NCBI RefSeq assembly: GCF_011386835.1
Contig: NC_088794.1
Location: forward strand, 1,240,193 to 1,304,000
Length of the DNA: 63,808 nucleotides
Reading direction: 5' to 3'
Source: Chrysemys picta bellii
Lineage: Eukaryota
The notes beneath the pieces are model-generated. The model saw only the letters and a program-made list of their open reading frames with translations, searched no databases and was not told the DNA's origin. This document shows, piece by piece, positions 23,484 through 35,349 of the stretch. Each line of letters starts with the position of its first letter. The stretch's first letter is position 1. The position numbers were made by a program, and so were the translations under genes.

Positions 23484-23739
23484 ACTACAACTCCCAGCGG
23501 CCCCTGTGCTTCAGGGGGTGGAGCCGAGCCCCCAGCCCCACCTGGGAACTACAACTCCCAGCGGCCCCTGTGCCTCGGGGGGGTGGGTGGAGCCGAGCCC
23601 CACCGCACCTAGGAACTACAACTCCCAGCGCCCCCTGCGCCGCGGGAGGCGGAGCCGCCTGGTCTGGCGTCACCGAACCTCCGGAGCCGTGGCCAATGGC
23701 AGGGCAGGGGCGGGGCTGAGTGGGAAGGTCTAAGCCAAT
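23484..23739 (+). promoter_or_regulatory. NFATC2IP promoter: three ACTACAACTCCCAG (ZNF143/THAP11-type) motifs, two CCAAT boxes and a GC box
   Basis: Motifs at 23484, 23548 and 23615; CCAAT at 23693 and 23735; GGGGCGGGG between them; ATG at 23768. Confidence 0.75.
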
Positions 23740-23767
23740 GGGTGGGAGCGACCTGGGAGCCCGCGCC

Positions 23768-26700
23768 ATGGCGGAGCAGGTGAGTGGCGAGGGTCTCTGG
23801 GTGGGGCTGGGGGCTAGTCAGTGGAGTGGGGCTGTGGGGGGTCTCTGGGGGGCAGGAGGGGCTGTGGGGGGTCGAGTTGTGGGGGTCTCTGGGGGGCAGG
23901 AGGGGTAGTGGGGGTCTCTGGGGAGCGAGGCTGTGGGGGGGTCTCTGGGCAGGGGTGGGGGGTCTCTGGGGGCAGGAGGGGCAGTGGGGGTCTCTGGGGA
24001 GCGAGGCTGTGGGGGGGGGTCTCTGGGCAGGGGGGGGTCTCTGGGGGCAGGAGGGGCAGTGGGGGGTCTCTGGGCAAAGGGGTGGGGTTGTGGGGGGTCT
24101 CTGGGGGGCAGTGGGTGAGGGGGCTTGGGGTCTGCTCCTCCCTAGCCCCTGTCTTGGCGCAGGATCGAGGGGGCCGCTGGGCAGGTGGGAGAATCCGAGG
24201 GTAGAACCTAGGAGTCCTGCCCCCTAACCCTGGCTCTCCCATCCCCATCCAGGTTGGCCCTGCCCCACCCCCAATATACGTGGGGGGCAGCAGCAGCAGT
24301 GACAGTGAGGGGGAGCTTGTGAGACCCCCGAGGGGGGCAGCGGGGCAGCCGCGCCCCAAGCGCCGGCGTGTCCTGTGCAGCACCGAGATCCCCGCTGTGC
24401 CTGTCTACTCGAACAAGGTAACAGGGACCCAGGCATCCGAGCACCCCCTCTCCCCCAGCACTAACCACCAGACCCCTCTCCACTCCTGGAGCCGGGGATA
24501 GAACCCAGGAGTCCGGGCTCCCAGCCCCCTCCCCCCCCCCCTCCGGCCATGCTCATCCCTCTTGTGCCCATCCTGAGGCTCGTGCCCCCATGGGGGTGCC
24601 CGTGCAGCAGGGCCCTGTGGGTAACATGCCCCCTTCCTCTCCAGGTGAACAGCAGCTTCCAACTGTGCCCCGCGGAGCTGCGCCAGGAGGTGCCCGCCCT
24701 GCAGTGGCAGGGAGGTAAGGGGGTGCTAGGGCTGGGCGGGAGTAGGGGGGTTTGGCCTTGGGGAGGTGGGGGCTATGTATGTGCTGTGGGGGAGTGGGAG
24801 GAGGCAGCAGGGATACATCTGGGGGGCTGTGTCTGGCCGGGCTGTGGTTGGAGTCCCCACAGGGGTGGTGATGTTTGATGGCCTCCTGTGCCCTTAAAGT
24901 CTGAGAAACCCCCCCGATCTGATCACAGACCACAGAATCTCCCTCCGGCTGAGTCACTGACGTCCTCACATCATGGGTTAAAGTTACAGAGACTCCACCA
25001 CTGACACTAGTTCTAGCCTGTGAGTGACCCGTGTCCCACACTGCAGAGGAAGGTGAACCCCCCCCCCACCCCCCCGGGTCTCGGCCAGTCTGACCTCGGG
25101 GAAAAATTCCTTCCCAACCCCAAATACAGCGATCAGTTAGCCCTGAGCGTGTGGGCAAGACCCACCAGGCAGGTACCCGGGAAAGAATTCTCTGTAGTAA
25201 CTCAGAACCTCCCCATCTAGTGTCCCGTCTCTGGCCGCTGGGGATTTTTGCTACGGGCAGTCGCACGCCATTGTAGGCAGTCCTGTCATACCAGCCCCTC
25301 CACACACTTATCAAGCTTGGGCGTGAAGCTAGTTGGGGGGTTTCCCCACTGCTCCCCTTGGGAGGCTGTTCCAGAACTTCACTCCTCTGATGGTTAGAAA
25401 CCGTCCTCTAATTTCAAGCCTAAACTTGTTAATGGCCAGTTTATAGCCATATGTTCTGGGTCCACATTGGCGCTTAACTTAAATAACTCCTCTCCCTCAC
25501 TGGTATGTATCCCTCTGATGTATTTATATAGGGCGATCCTATCTCCCCTCAGCCTGCGTCTGGTCAGGCTAAACAGGCCAAGCTCTTTGAGTCCCCTCTC
25601 ATGAGGGAAGTTTTCCATTCCTCGGATCATCCTAGCAGCTCTTCTCTGCACCGGTTCCAGTTTGAATTCATCTTCCTTACAAATGAGAGACCAGAACATC
25701 TTTGCCAGAAGCTGGGAATGGGCGACAGGGGATGGATCACTTGATTCCCTGTTCTGTTCATTCCCTCTGGGGCACCTGGCATTGGCCGCTGTCAGAGGAC
25801 AGGATACTGGGCTAGATGGACCTTTGGTCTGACCCAGTCTGGCCGTTCTTATACAGTACTCCAGATGAGTCTCACCAGTGCCTCGTATAATGGTACTGAC
25901 GCATCCCTTTCTCCACTGGAAATACCTCGCCTGATGCACCCCAGGGCTGTTCTCCTTTTTCATGGCCACATCACATTGGCGGCTCCTAGTCCGCCTGTGA
26001 TCAGCCAATACACCGAGGTCTTTCTCCTCCTCTGTCACTTCCAACTGAGAAGTCCCCAGCTTAGAGCAAGACTTCTTGTTGTTGGTCCCTCAGTGCACTT
26101 TGCACTATTAAATATCATCCCGTTTCTGTTACTTCAGATTACAAAATCATCCAGATCTTCTTGTAGGATATTCCGGGCCTTCTCCATATTGGCAACGCCT
26201 CCCCACTTTGTATCATCCCCAAATTTTATTAGCATGCATCCACTGTTTGTGCCAAGCTCAGTAATAAAAACGAGGGCTGTCAAGCGATTAAAAAAATTAA
26301 TCACAATTAAAAAATACCTATATGTAAATACCTTGCAAGCCGGCTACAAAAGTGCCATGAGAACACCTGTTCTCACTTTCTGGTGCCATTGTAAACAAGA
26401 AGCAGGCAGCAGCATCTCCTGTAAATGAAGAGAAACAAGTTGGTTTATATTTAGCGATTGGCTGAACAAGGAGGAGGCTGAATGGACCTGTAGGCTCTGA
26501 AGTTTTACATTGTTTTGTTTTTTTGAATGCAATTATATAACAATCTACGTTTGTTTAAGTTGCACTTTCACGACAAAGAGATTGCACTACAGGACTTGTA
26601 TGAGGGGAACTGAAAAATACTCTTTCTTTTGTTTGTCATTTTTACAATGCAAACATTTATAAAAAAAACTGTACACCTTGATTTCAATTACAATACAGAA

Positions 26701-29700
26701 TACAATATATAGGAAAATGTAGAAAAACATCCAAAATATTTAATACATTTCAATTGGTATTCTATTGTTTAACAGTGCGATTAAAACTGTGATTAATCGC
26801 GATGACATTTTTTGAGTTAATTGAGTGAGTTAACTGCAATTAATCGACAGGTGTAATAAAAATGTTAAATAAGGTTGGTCCCAAGACCGATCCTTGAGGA
26901 ATTCCACTAGTAACCTCCCTTCAGCCTGACAGGTCACCTTTCAATAGGGCTGGTTGCAGTCTCCCCTTTAACCAGTTCTTACCCACCTTCCAGTTCTCCT
27001 AACAATCCCCCTCTTCTCCAATGTAACGAATAGTTTCCCATGTGCAACTGGATCCAAACCCTTCCGGACATCCGGGTAGATTGGATCCACTGCACTTCCT
27101 TGGTCTAAAACATCAGCTCTCTCCTCAAAGAAGGAGCTCAGGGCGGTCTGGCAGGATCCACCTCTTGTAAAACCCGCTTGTAGTTTATCCCAGTTACCGT
27201 TCACCCCATGTCCTTAACAACTTCCTCTTTCAAAATTGGTTCCAAGTCCTTGCGTACAATTGAGGTCAAACTAGCAGGCCTGGAGTTTCCCGGATCACGT
27301 TTTTTTCCCTTTCTTAAAAACAGGAGCTAGATTAGCAGCTCTCCAGTCATAGGGTACGACCCCCGAGTTTACAGAGTCGTTGCAATCCTTGGTGTTGGGC
27401 TGGCAATATCCGGAGCCAGTTCCGTTAATGTGTGGCTGTGTGCTGGATGTGTTTGGGGGGGTCGGGGTACGTGCACTGGATGGGGGTTTATTGTCTTTGG
27501 GGGGCAGCTGTGGGGAGAGGTGCCCCCTGCCTGGCCATCACAGCTGCTGTCTCCCCTCCCCCCCCCCCCCCAGGGGCGGATCTGGACGTCGATGAGATTG
27601 GCCCTGTCACGCCCCCCCGGCCGGAGCGGCCTCACGCCCCACGCCTCCCCCAGGGCCCCTGCACTGACTGGCCGGAGGAGGAGCTGCAGCAGCAGGGGGC
27701 AGTGAGAACGTAGGTGGGGGGGAAGGACTGCGGCAGGGTTACCGTGGGGGGTGTATGGGGGGAGGGGACAGGACTCCAATGGGAGGTGGGGGGATCGGGG
27801 TGGGGGCAGGGTTACCATGGGGGTATATGGGGGGAGGGCTCTAATGGGTGGGGGCAGGGTTACCATGGGGGTAGGGCTGTAAAGGGGAGATAGGGGCATG
27901 GCTCAGGCTCTGTGGCCTCTGGCTTTGGGGTCTGTCCCCTGCGGGGGGGGGGGGTCACTTATGGGGCACAGCTTCCCAGGCCCCCTTCACAACAGCCCCC
28001 ATCTCACCCCCTGCGCGCTCGCTTGCTCACACTCTCTCTCAGGGTCCGGGACGAGTCTCCCTCTCCCCCTCCCCCACCACAGCCCACACGCCGGCAGAGG
28101 GGCCGGACCCGACGGTGAGTAGCTGCCCGGATGTGGGGGGGGTGTTGAGGCTGGGTGTGGGGGTCTCTGCTGGAATCTCTGCCCCGTCAGGAGTTGGGGA
28201 ATTGAGGGACAGGTTCTCTGGGGGGCACCTCTCTTGTAGAGAGCGGGGAGGGTCTCTGGGGGGGATCTGTCTGGGGAGTCTCTGGAGGTGGGGAATGGGG
28301 GGAGTCTGTCAGGGGTCTGATGGTACCTGACCCCAGGGAGGTGTGTGTGTGGGAGGTCTGGGGGGTCTGACGGCCCTGCCCCCCAGGGAGGTGGGGGGGG
28401 GGTCTGTGGGGCACAGGGGTCTGTGGGGGTCTGACGGCCCTGCCCCCCAGGGAAGTGTGTGTGTGGGAGGTCTGGGGGGTCTGACGGCCCTGCCCCCCAG
28501 GGAGGTGTGGGGGGGGGTCTGTGGGGCACAGGGGTCTGTGGGGGTCTGACGGCCCTGCCCCCCAGGGAGGTGTGTGTGTGGGGTCTGTGGGGCACAGGGA
28601 TCTGTGGGGGTCTGACGGCCCTGCCCCCCAGGGAGGGGTGTGTGTGGGGTCTGTGGGGCACAGGGGTCTGTGGGGGTCTGACGGCCCTGCCCCCCAGGGA
28701 GGTGTGTGTGGGGTCTGTGGGGCACAGGGGTCTGTGGGGGTCTGACGGCCCTGCCCCCTAGGGAGGTGGCACGCCAGCTGCGGGGTCTCAGCACGTGGCT
28801 CTCGGCCGCTCAGCGCAGCCTGCGGGAGGAGCTGCCCGAGGACGACGTGATCCTGGTGGAGCCGCCCCCGTCCCCCGCGCCCCGGCAGCTGCAGCTCAAG
28901 GTGCGGTGCCGGGCCGAGATCCACCGCGTCGCCATGGAGATGGTGAGTGACCCACCCCTGCACTCCCACCTCTCAGCTTTTCCACATCCCCATGTGGCTG
29001 GAGAGTGAGCCCCCCATCCCCTCAATGTGTGCCGGGCCCCTGTGCAGGCTGTATATATCCCCCATGCCACCGCCCAGCCCCAAAACCTTTCCCCCCCGCA
29101 GACACTGTATCTCCAACCCTGCCCCCACAGCCGGGCTCTGAGCTAGCCCCTGCCCCAGCGTGCAGACCCTGGCCATGCCCTTGCGGGGTGGAGGATCTCG
29201 GGGAAGGCAGAGCGCAGATCAGAGCGCACCGCTCAGGCGGGTGTGGGTAGGGCATGGGAGGTGCCGGGGCAGGACAGCGGCCAGGTGGAGGAAGGGTGTC
29301 AAGGGGCTGGTTCACCCCTCCAGTGTAGAGCTGGGAGGACGGGGTGGGATTAAGACTGATTGCAGGGGGCGGCGGAACTGCCCGACACTAGATCTCTCGG
29401 AAATGGCCCAGGGACTGTATGGGCCCAGCTGGAGTCACTCGGTGGCGAATGTACCAGGCGATTGGCACCGGCCGTGCCAGCCCTGCTGCCTGGCTCACGC
29501 TGGCCCCGAACAGCCCAGCAGGCTGCCAGGCTGAGCCGGGCTGTCCCCCTGTCCCTCCCTGACTGTCCCCTCCCCCGGCGCAGTCACAGCCCCTGCAGGC
29601 GGTGGTGGAGCACATGGCCGAGAGGCTGCAGGTCCGGCCGGAGCAGATCCTGCTGCTGCTGCGAGACACAGAGCTGCCCCCCGGCAGCACCCCCCTGGGC

Positions 29701-31975
29701 CTGGGCCTGGGCGTGGCCGACATCATCGGTGAGTGAGGGGCAGGGGGCTTCTCTTGGCACAGGTGCAGGGTCTGTGGGCAGATTGGGGCAGGCGCGGACG
29801 GGCCGCGGTCGTGGGACAGGCGGCTCTCGGCTGGGGGGGTGAGCAGCAGCGCTGTATGTGAGACACGGGCGGGAGCTGTCCCACGTGCGCTGGGCAGGCC
29901 CAGCTGGAATGCCGGGGGCAGCTCTGGGCACCGGGCGTTAGCCAAGTGGGGACAAAGGGGAGAGTCCAGAGCCGGGGTCTGAAACCCTGACCCGAGGAAG
30001 GTTAAAACCTGGGTGAGTTTAGAGCCCGGCAGCCGGAGGGACCCTGAGAGCAGGGGTCAGCTCTAGCGGGGGCTGGTATCGGAGTCCCGGGAAATCCCGT
30101 CCATGTGCCAGACCCCCTGGGGCCTCACCGCCTTGGACTGAACCTCTGGGCTGCAGCCTCCTGCTTCCCCCGTGAGCTCTGCCCAGCGAGTCCCCCTGAG
30201 CCAGACCCTGGCAGAGACGTGCCCATGCTGCCGGGACGGTGCCCCTCGCCCAGCGTGGCAGGGACAGCCCCATAGCGCTGGCGTGCAGTCGGGTGTGTTA
30301 GTTAGCTGGCCACGGCACAGGGAGCCCTTAGGGTAGCGCAGAGGGGTGCAGGTTACAGCCCAGTCCGTTCTGCCCAGCCCAGAGCCCCGCCAGGCTGTGG
30401 GAAGCCCCTTGGGGCAGGCTGTCTCTCGCTCACTCGCTCTCTGACTTCCTTCCTGAGTCTGTTCCCGGGTGAGAGCCCCCAGCGTCCACCTTGCCCCTCA
30501 GGAGCGCTGCCATCAGCTCTCTGGCCCACTGCTGATCTGGGGCGGTTTCAGCCAGTTCCCTAATGACTGTTCTTCCACCAGCCAGGGCGGTGATGCGCAT
30601 ACCCTGTGTCTTAGACTGCCTTGAGAGCAAACTTAGTCCTCCCCTGGCACTGGGTAGCCGTGCAAAGTATAGGGGAAACCGAGGCAGGCGTGAGACTCCT
30701 ACAGATGCTACAGAAAATTCCCCGTTCGTCACAGGGATCAGTTATTCTCCGTGTTCGCTGGAGGCAGGACAGGCAGTGATGGGCTCCGTCCATGGCCAGG
30801 GAGACTTAGGTCGAATATTAGGAACCAGTGTCTAACTGTAAGAGGGGGAGCTCGGCCTGGAACAGGCTGAGGGAGGTTGGGGAGTCCCCCGCACGGGAGG
30901 TGTCGAAGAACAGGTTGGACAAAGAGCTGTCAAGGCCGGCCCAGGTTTGGCTGGCCAGGGGCTGGGCACGGTAACCCGTCAAGGTCCCTTCCCGCCCCAC
31001 ATTTCTGTGTTCTGGGGGCGCCCAATGCTGCACACGGCTTTCCAGCGGAGCTGTCCCGACAGCATCTCTGCTGCACCCGCCTGAGCCGTCCTGGGGTCCC
31101 CTTGCCTCCCCCTTAGCCGCCTCCCACTGGAGGCTCATGGTGGCCCCACGCACCAGGCCTCTCTCCCGCTCCATGGCGGCCAGCTGACGAGTCCGCGGCC
31201 AGTAGCGGAAATTGGGTTACTGGCCCCGAAGTGCATGCTGTGCCCCCTGGGCTGGGGGCGGGGGGTCTGACATCAGTGGGGGTCCCCCAACCCGGGACTG
31301 GGGTAACAGGAGTGATCAGTGCAGCGCCCCCAGCTGCCCGCCCCCGCGCTCTCTATCTCCGTCTGTCCCCTGCAGATTGCGTGGTGGACATGGCAGCTGG
31401 GGAGCCGCAGGGCGGGGGAGAGCCGGGGGCCGGGCCGGGCCCTGGGGAGCTACGTCTGACCGTGCGAGGCCAGGAGAAGGACTCACAGCTCACACTCAAC
31501 GTGCCCAGGGTAAGGGGGGAGCCTACGGGGGGGGGGACCATCTGGGGGGGCACCTACAGGGGGAGGGGCCATGCCAGGGGGCTGTGAGGTGCTGTTTGCA
31601 GAGGGGGGGAGGAGGGGGTTGTCACAGCCTCGGGGGGGAAGGGGCTGTTGGCTGAGGGGGGGCTGGGGCAGTCGCGGGAGGGGGGCTAGTCTGGGGCAGG
31701 CCCCTCTCCTCCTGGGGCTGCTTTGGGAGGGATGCTGGGGCAGTCCCTGTAGTGCCCCCTCCCAGGCATGTCTGCGGCGTGTGCCCCCACCCCGCTAACC
31801 CCCCACCCCCGGCAAGGCGGAGCCGCTGCACCGGCTGATGGAGCGCTACCAGGAGGCCATGGGGCTGGGTGGCCACCAGCTCCGCTTCTTCTTCGACGGG
31901 CAGCGCCTGGCGGGGACCCGCACGCCCGAGCAGCTGGGCATGGAGCCCGACGACGTCATTGAGGCCTGGGCCTAG
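23768..31975 (+). CDS. NFATC2IP: NFATC2-interacting protein (NIP45) with two C-terminal SUMO-like domains, 357 aa
   Basis: Exons 23768-23779, 24253-24417, 24645-24714, 27574-27709, 28043-28114, 28762-28942, 29584-29728, 31376-31509, 31817-31975 sum to 1074 nt in frame. Motifs: SQPLQAVVEHMAE...LGVADIIDCVV and LRFFFDGQRL...LGMEPDDVIEAW. AATAAA at 32913. Confidence 0.93.
23820..24120. repeat. G-rich minisatellite in NFATC2IP intron 1
   Basis: gggggtctctgggggcaggaggggc units. Confidence 0.85.
24893..27420 (-). mobile_element. Mosaic of CR1 LINE fragments in NFATC2IP intron 3
   Basis: Minus-strand translations EKDLGVL, QRRAARMIRGMEN, LGLFSL, QAGFTRGGSCQT and VDPIYPDVRKG are CR1 ORF2. Confidence 0.85.
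26272..26855. mobile_element. AT-rich hAT-like MITE inserted in CR1
   Basis: Ends gagggctgtcaagcgattaa and ttaatcgacaggtgta; 8-bp flanks ataaaaac/ataaaaat. Confidence 0.75.
28310..28761. repeat. About 64-bp minisatellite whose unit contains the NFATC2IP exon-6 splice acceptor
   Basis: gtctgacggccctgccccccag|ggaggtg repeated; the last unit (TAG at 28759-28761) is the in-frame acceptor. Confidence 0.9.
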
Positions 31976-32601
31976 CCCCCCCGGGATGCCCCCGCCCCTG
32001 CATAGCTGGGCAGGGAGCCCGATGGAGGCCTGGGCCTAGTGCCCCCCCTCCCCGCGGGATGCCCCCGCCCCTGCATAGCTGGGCATGGAGCCTGATGGAG
32101 GCCTGGGCCTAGCCCCCCCGGGATGCCCCCGCCCCTGCATAGGTGGGCATGGAGCCCGATAGAGGCCTGGGCCTAGTGCCCCACTGCCCCCCTCCCCACA
32201 GGATGCCCCCACCCCTGCATAGCTGGGCATGGAGCCCGATGGAGGCCTGGGCCTAGTGCCCCCCCTCCCCGCGGGATGCCCCCGCCCCTGCATAGCTGGG
32301 CATGGAGCCCGATGGAGGCCTGGGCCTAGCCCCCCCGGGATGCCCCCGCCCCTGCATAGGTGGGCATGGAGCCCGATGGAGGCCTGGGCCTAGCCCCCCC
32401 GGGATGCCCCCGCCCCTGCATAAGTGGGCATGGAGCCCGATGGAGGCCTGGGCCTAGTGCCCCCCTACCCCCCTCCCCACAGGATGCCCCCACCCCTGCA
32501 TAGCTGGGCATGGAGCCCGATGGAGGCCTGGGCCTAGCCCCCCCGGGATGCCCCCACCCCTGCATAGCTGGGCATGGAGCCCAATGGAGGCCTGGGTCTA
32601 G
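31935..32601. repeat. Ten-copy array of the last NFATC2IP codons, stop codon and proximal 3'UTR
   Basis: ctgggcatggagcccga...gaggcctgggcctag...gggatgcccccgcccctgcatag units of 62-80 bp. Confidence 0.9.
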
Positions 32602-33425
32602 CGCCCCCTTCCCCCCCCCCCCTCCCTTCCGCCCCCCCCACCCCCCCCCCCCCCCCCCGCGGGATGCCTCCCCACAGCTGGCCAGGGAGCCGGCTGCTGC
32701 TGTCCCTGAGCCTGGGGGGATCCCCATTCCTACCCCCTGCAGCAGCTGGGCACGGCCCTGCCCCCACCCCCTGCACCTAGGCATGGCCCAGAGCCTGCCC
32801 ATCATGTCAGCGAGGCCTAGACCCAGCCCCAGCCCTGCAGGCCTGTTCTGTAAATAGGGGACTTTAGGGGCATTTATCCCCAGCACTGAGGGGGGCGAAG
32901 CTGCTTTTATGAAATAAATAAATAAATGAACCCAGCTGTCGGGCCTGAGCCTCTTGCCCTTTACTTGTGGGGAGGGGGTGGGCGGACGCAGCTGTGGGGC
33001 CAGAGCGACTGGCATCACGCCGATCCCTGCTCCCAGGGTTCAGGGCCCCATCGCAGCTCAGCGTGAGACAGGCCCTGCACCCACAGAGCTCACACGCTCA
33101 ATACACAGCAGGGATGGACCCACCCGGGATCACACAGAGTCTGTGTCCCAGCCAGCCATGGAACCCAGGAGTCCTGGGCCCCAGCTCTGCCCCAACCCCC
33201 TAGACCCTGCTCCCCACCCAGAGCTGGGGACAGAAGCCAGGAGTCCTGGCTCCCAGCCCCCCCCCCCCCCCCCCGCCCCGTTCTTCCCTTTGGGCCCAGC
33301 AGCTCCCCCCAGCCAGGTTTCTGCCCTGGCCGGCCTGTTTTACAGCTCACCCTCCCGGCAGCTCTGAGCCGGGCACCCAGGGGTGTTTCTGGGTCCCTCC
33401 ACCTCATTTCTCGGAGCTCCTTCAT

Positions 33426-34262
33426 TCAGTGGGGGGGAGCTGGCCCCATCTCCTCCCCCTCGGGGGGCGGCTGTATCTCCTGGTCCTTGGGCACCAGGGT
33501 CCCGCTCAGCTGGGCCCCGAAGGTGCGCTGCAGCAGGGCGGGGATCTCGTGGGGCTGCAGGGGGGTCTCCGTGCGCTCCCCGCCCCGCGTGGCGATGAGG
33601 CGCCAGCCCATGTAGGTGAGGCGGCCACCGCCCGGCTGGGGCAGGCTGCAGAAGGACTTGCAGGCGAAGATGGAGCTGGGGGCCTGTTGGTGGTAGCAGC
33701 ACATGGCGGCGAAGTCTCCCAGCTCCCGCTCCTCCAGCGTGAAGGTGTAGAGCATCTGCCCCTCCTCGCCCGGCGCCCGCAGCCGCTCCAGCGCCCAGAC
33801 GCCCCCCGCCAGGCCCAGCCGGAAGGTGCCGCCCTCCTGCGGCTGCTCCAGGCCCGGCTCCAGCCACAGGGGCTCCAGGAAGCCGTCCCCGAAGCCCACG
33901 TCGCACAGGAAGCGCTGGCCCCCCAGCCGGGCCAGCAGCACCAGGTGGTCGCAGGGTGGCCCGAGGCGCCCGGTGAAGCGGTTCCGGACGCGGCCGGCCA
34001 GCCCCACGACACAGAAACCCAGCGCCCGCAGCAGCCACTGGAAGAGCCCGTTGTTCTCGTAACAGAAGCCGCCACGGCGCCGCCGGACGATCTTGTCGTA
34101 GAGCAGGGGCAGCGCCAGGGTGATGGGCTCCCCACAGTGCATGCTCAGGCTCTCAAAGGGCACCGAGAACAGGTGGCAACGGTGCAGCCCCCGCAGCGTC
34201 TCCAGGGTGGGCTCTGTCGGGCCCTGGTACCCGATCCGGGAGAGATAGGCACCCACGTCCAT
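33426..34262 (-). CDS. Arylamine N-acetyltransferase with intronless CDS, 278 aa
   Basis: MDVGAYLSRIGY, VPFESLSMHCGE, RRGGFCYENNGLF (catalytic Cys), DHLVLL (His), LCDVGFG (Asp). Splice acceptor 6 nt upstream of the ATG. Orthology to NAT1/NAT2 not claimed. Confidence 0.93.
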   Translation of the reverse strand: MDVGAYLSRIGYQGPTEPTLETLRGLHRCHLFSVPFESLSMHCGEPITLALPLLYDKIVRRRRGGFCYENNGLFQWLLRALGFCVVGLAGRVRNRFTGRLGPPCDHLVLLARLGGQRFLCDVGFGDGFLEPLWLEPGLEQPQEGGTFRLGLAGGVWALERLRAPGEEGQMLYTFTLEERELGDFAAMCCYHQQAPSSIFACKSFCSLPQPGGGRLTYMGWRLIATRGGERTETPLQPHEIPALLQRTFGAQLSGTLVPKDQEIQPPPEGEEMGPAPPH

Positions 34263-35349
34263 CCCAGGCTGGGGGGCAAAGCGGGGACTGTGAGCAGAGA
34301 ACCCAGGAGTCCTGGCTCCCAGACCCCCACCCCGAGCCAGAGTTAGAACCCAGGAGTCCTGGCTCCCGGCACTCACCACTGGATCCCCTCCTCCCCAAGC
34401 TAGGGAGAGAACCCAGGAGTCCTAGCTCCCAGCACTCACTGCTGGATCCCCTCCTCCCCGAACCAGGGAGAGAACCCAGGAGCCCTGGCCCTGAGCCCCC
34501 CGCTCTAACCCCCCAGCCCCCCTCCTCTCCCAGAGCTGGGTTCGAATCCGGGCCTACAGCACTCACACTGGGGTGCAGCTGGCCCTGCCCAGGGTTTTGC
34601 TTCCGCATCTCCGGGGGCGGGGAGGCACGTGGTTCTGCCCCCCCCCCCACGTGACAGCTCCTTAACCCCTCCTAGCCTGGCCTCTCCCTGGTAGCCATGG
34701 GGCAAAGGGGGTTGGCATCATCCGTTGGAGCAGCCTCCCACTCTCCCACCTGGTAATCACCCCCCGGTCTCCCAACTCCCCCTTCCCAGTGCCAACAGAT
34801 CCCCCGACATCTGAGGCCCCTGTGCCCCCCATGCCCTGTGTTCCCAGCCCCCATTGCCCCCCCCCCTTAACCACTGAATTCAAAGCACAGGGAGTATTAC
34901 CTGTGCACCCCCCCCACACACACACACAGGTGATTTGATGAGTTTCGGAGATGCTGGATTGGGGGGCAGGGGCAGCAGGGGGTGAGGTCAGAGGTCAGCA
35001 CAGGTCCCATGGCATGGTCAGCAGGTGCACGCTCCTCCCGCTTGGAGAGGGCGGCTCCGGGGCACTGACAAGCAGCCAGAGGTGGGGCCGGGGCAGAGCA
35101 TGGGCACCTGCTGGGCCTGCACCTCCCACCGCTGCCCCAGGGGGGCGTCATTGGGCACCGCTGTGGGCAGGGGCTGGCACCGGGATCGGGCACCGGGGCC
35201 AGCTCGGGCAGCATCTCCTCCTGCTCCTGCCGCTGCCAGCCCCGGGCGCCAGCCTGTCAGGGGTCCAGCAGCCACAGCGCCCGCAGGGTGGGCATCCAGC
35301 CGCTCCACCAGCCGGGCGACGCAGCGTCTTATCCCGGTGCTTGGCCTCC

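Noticed and set aside
33429-34346. 305-aa plus-strand ORF
   Set aside because: Antisense shadow of the GC3-rich NAT CDS; no recognisable domain
34538-34549. GGGTTCGAATCC B-box suggesting a tRNA or tRNA-SINE
   Set aside because: No A-box or cloverleaf; it sits within a variant of the 70-bp repeat
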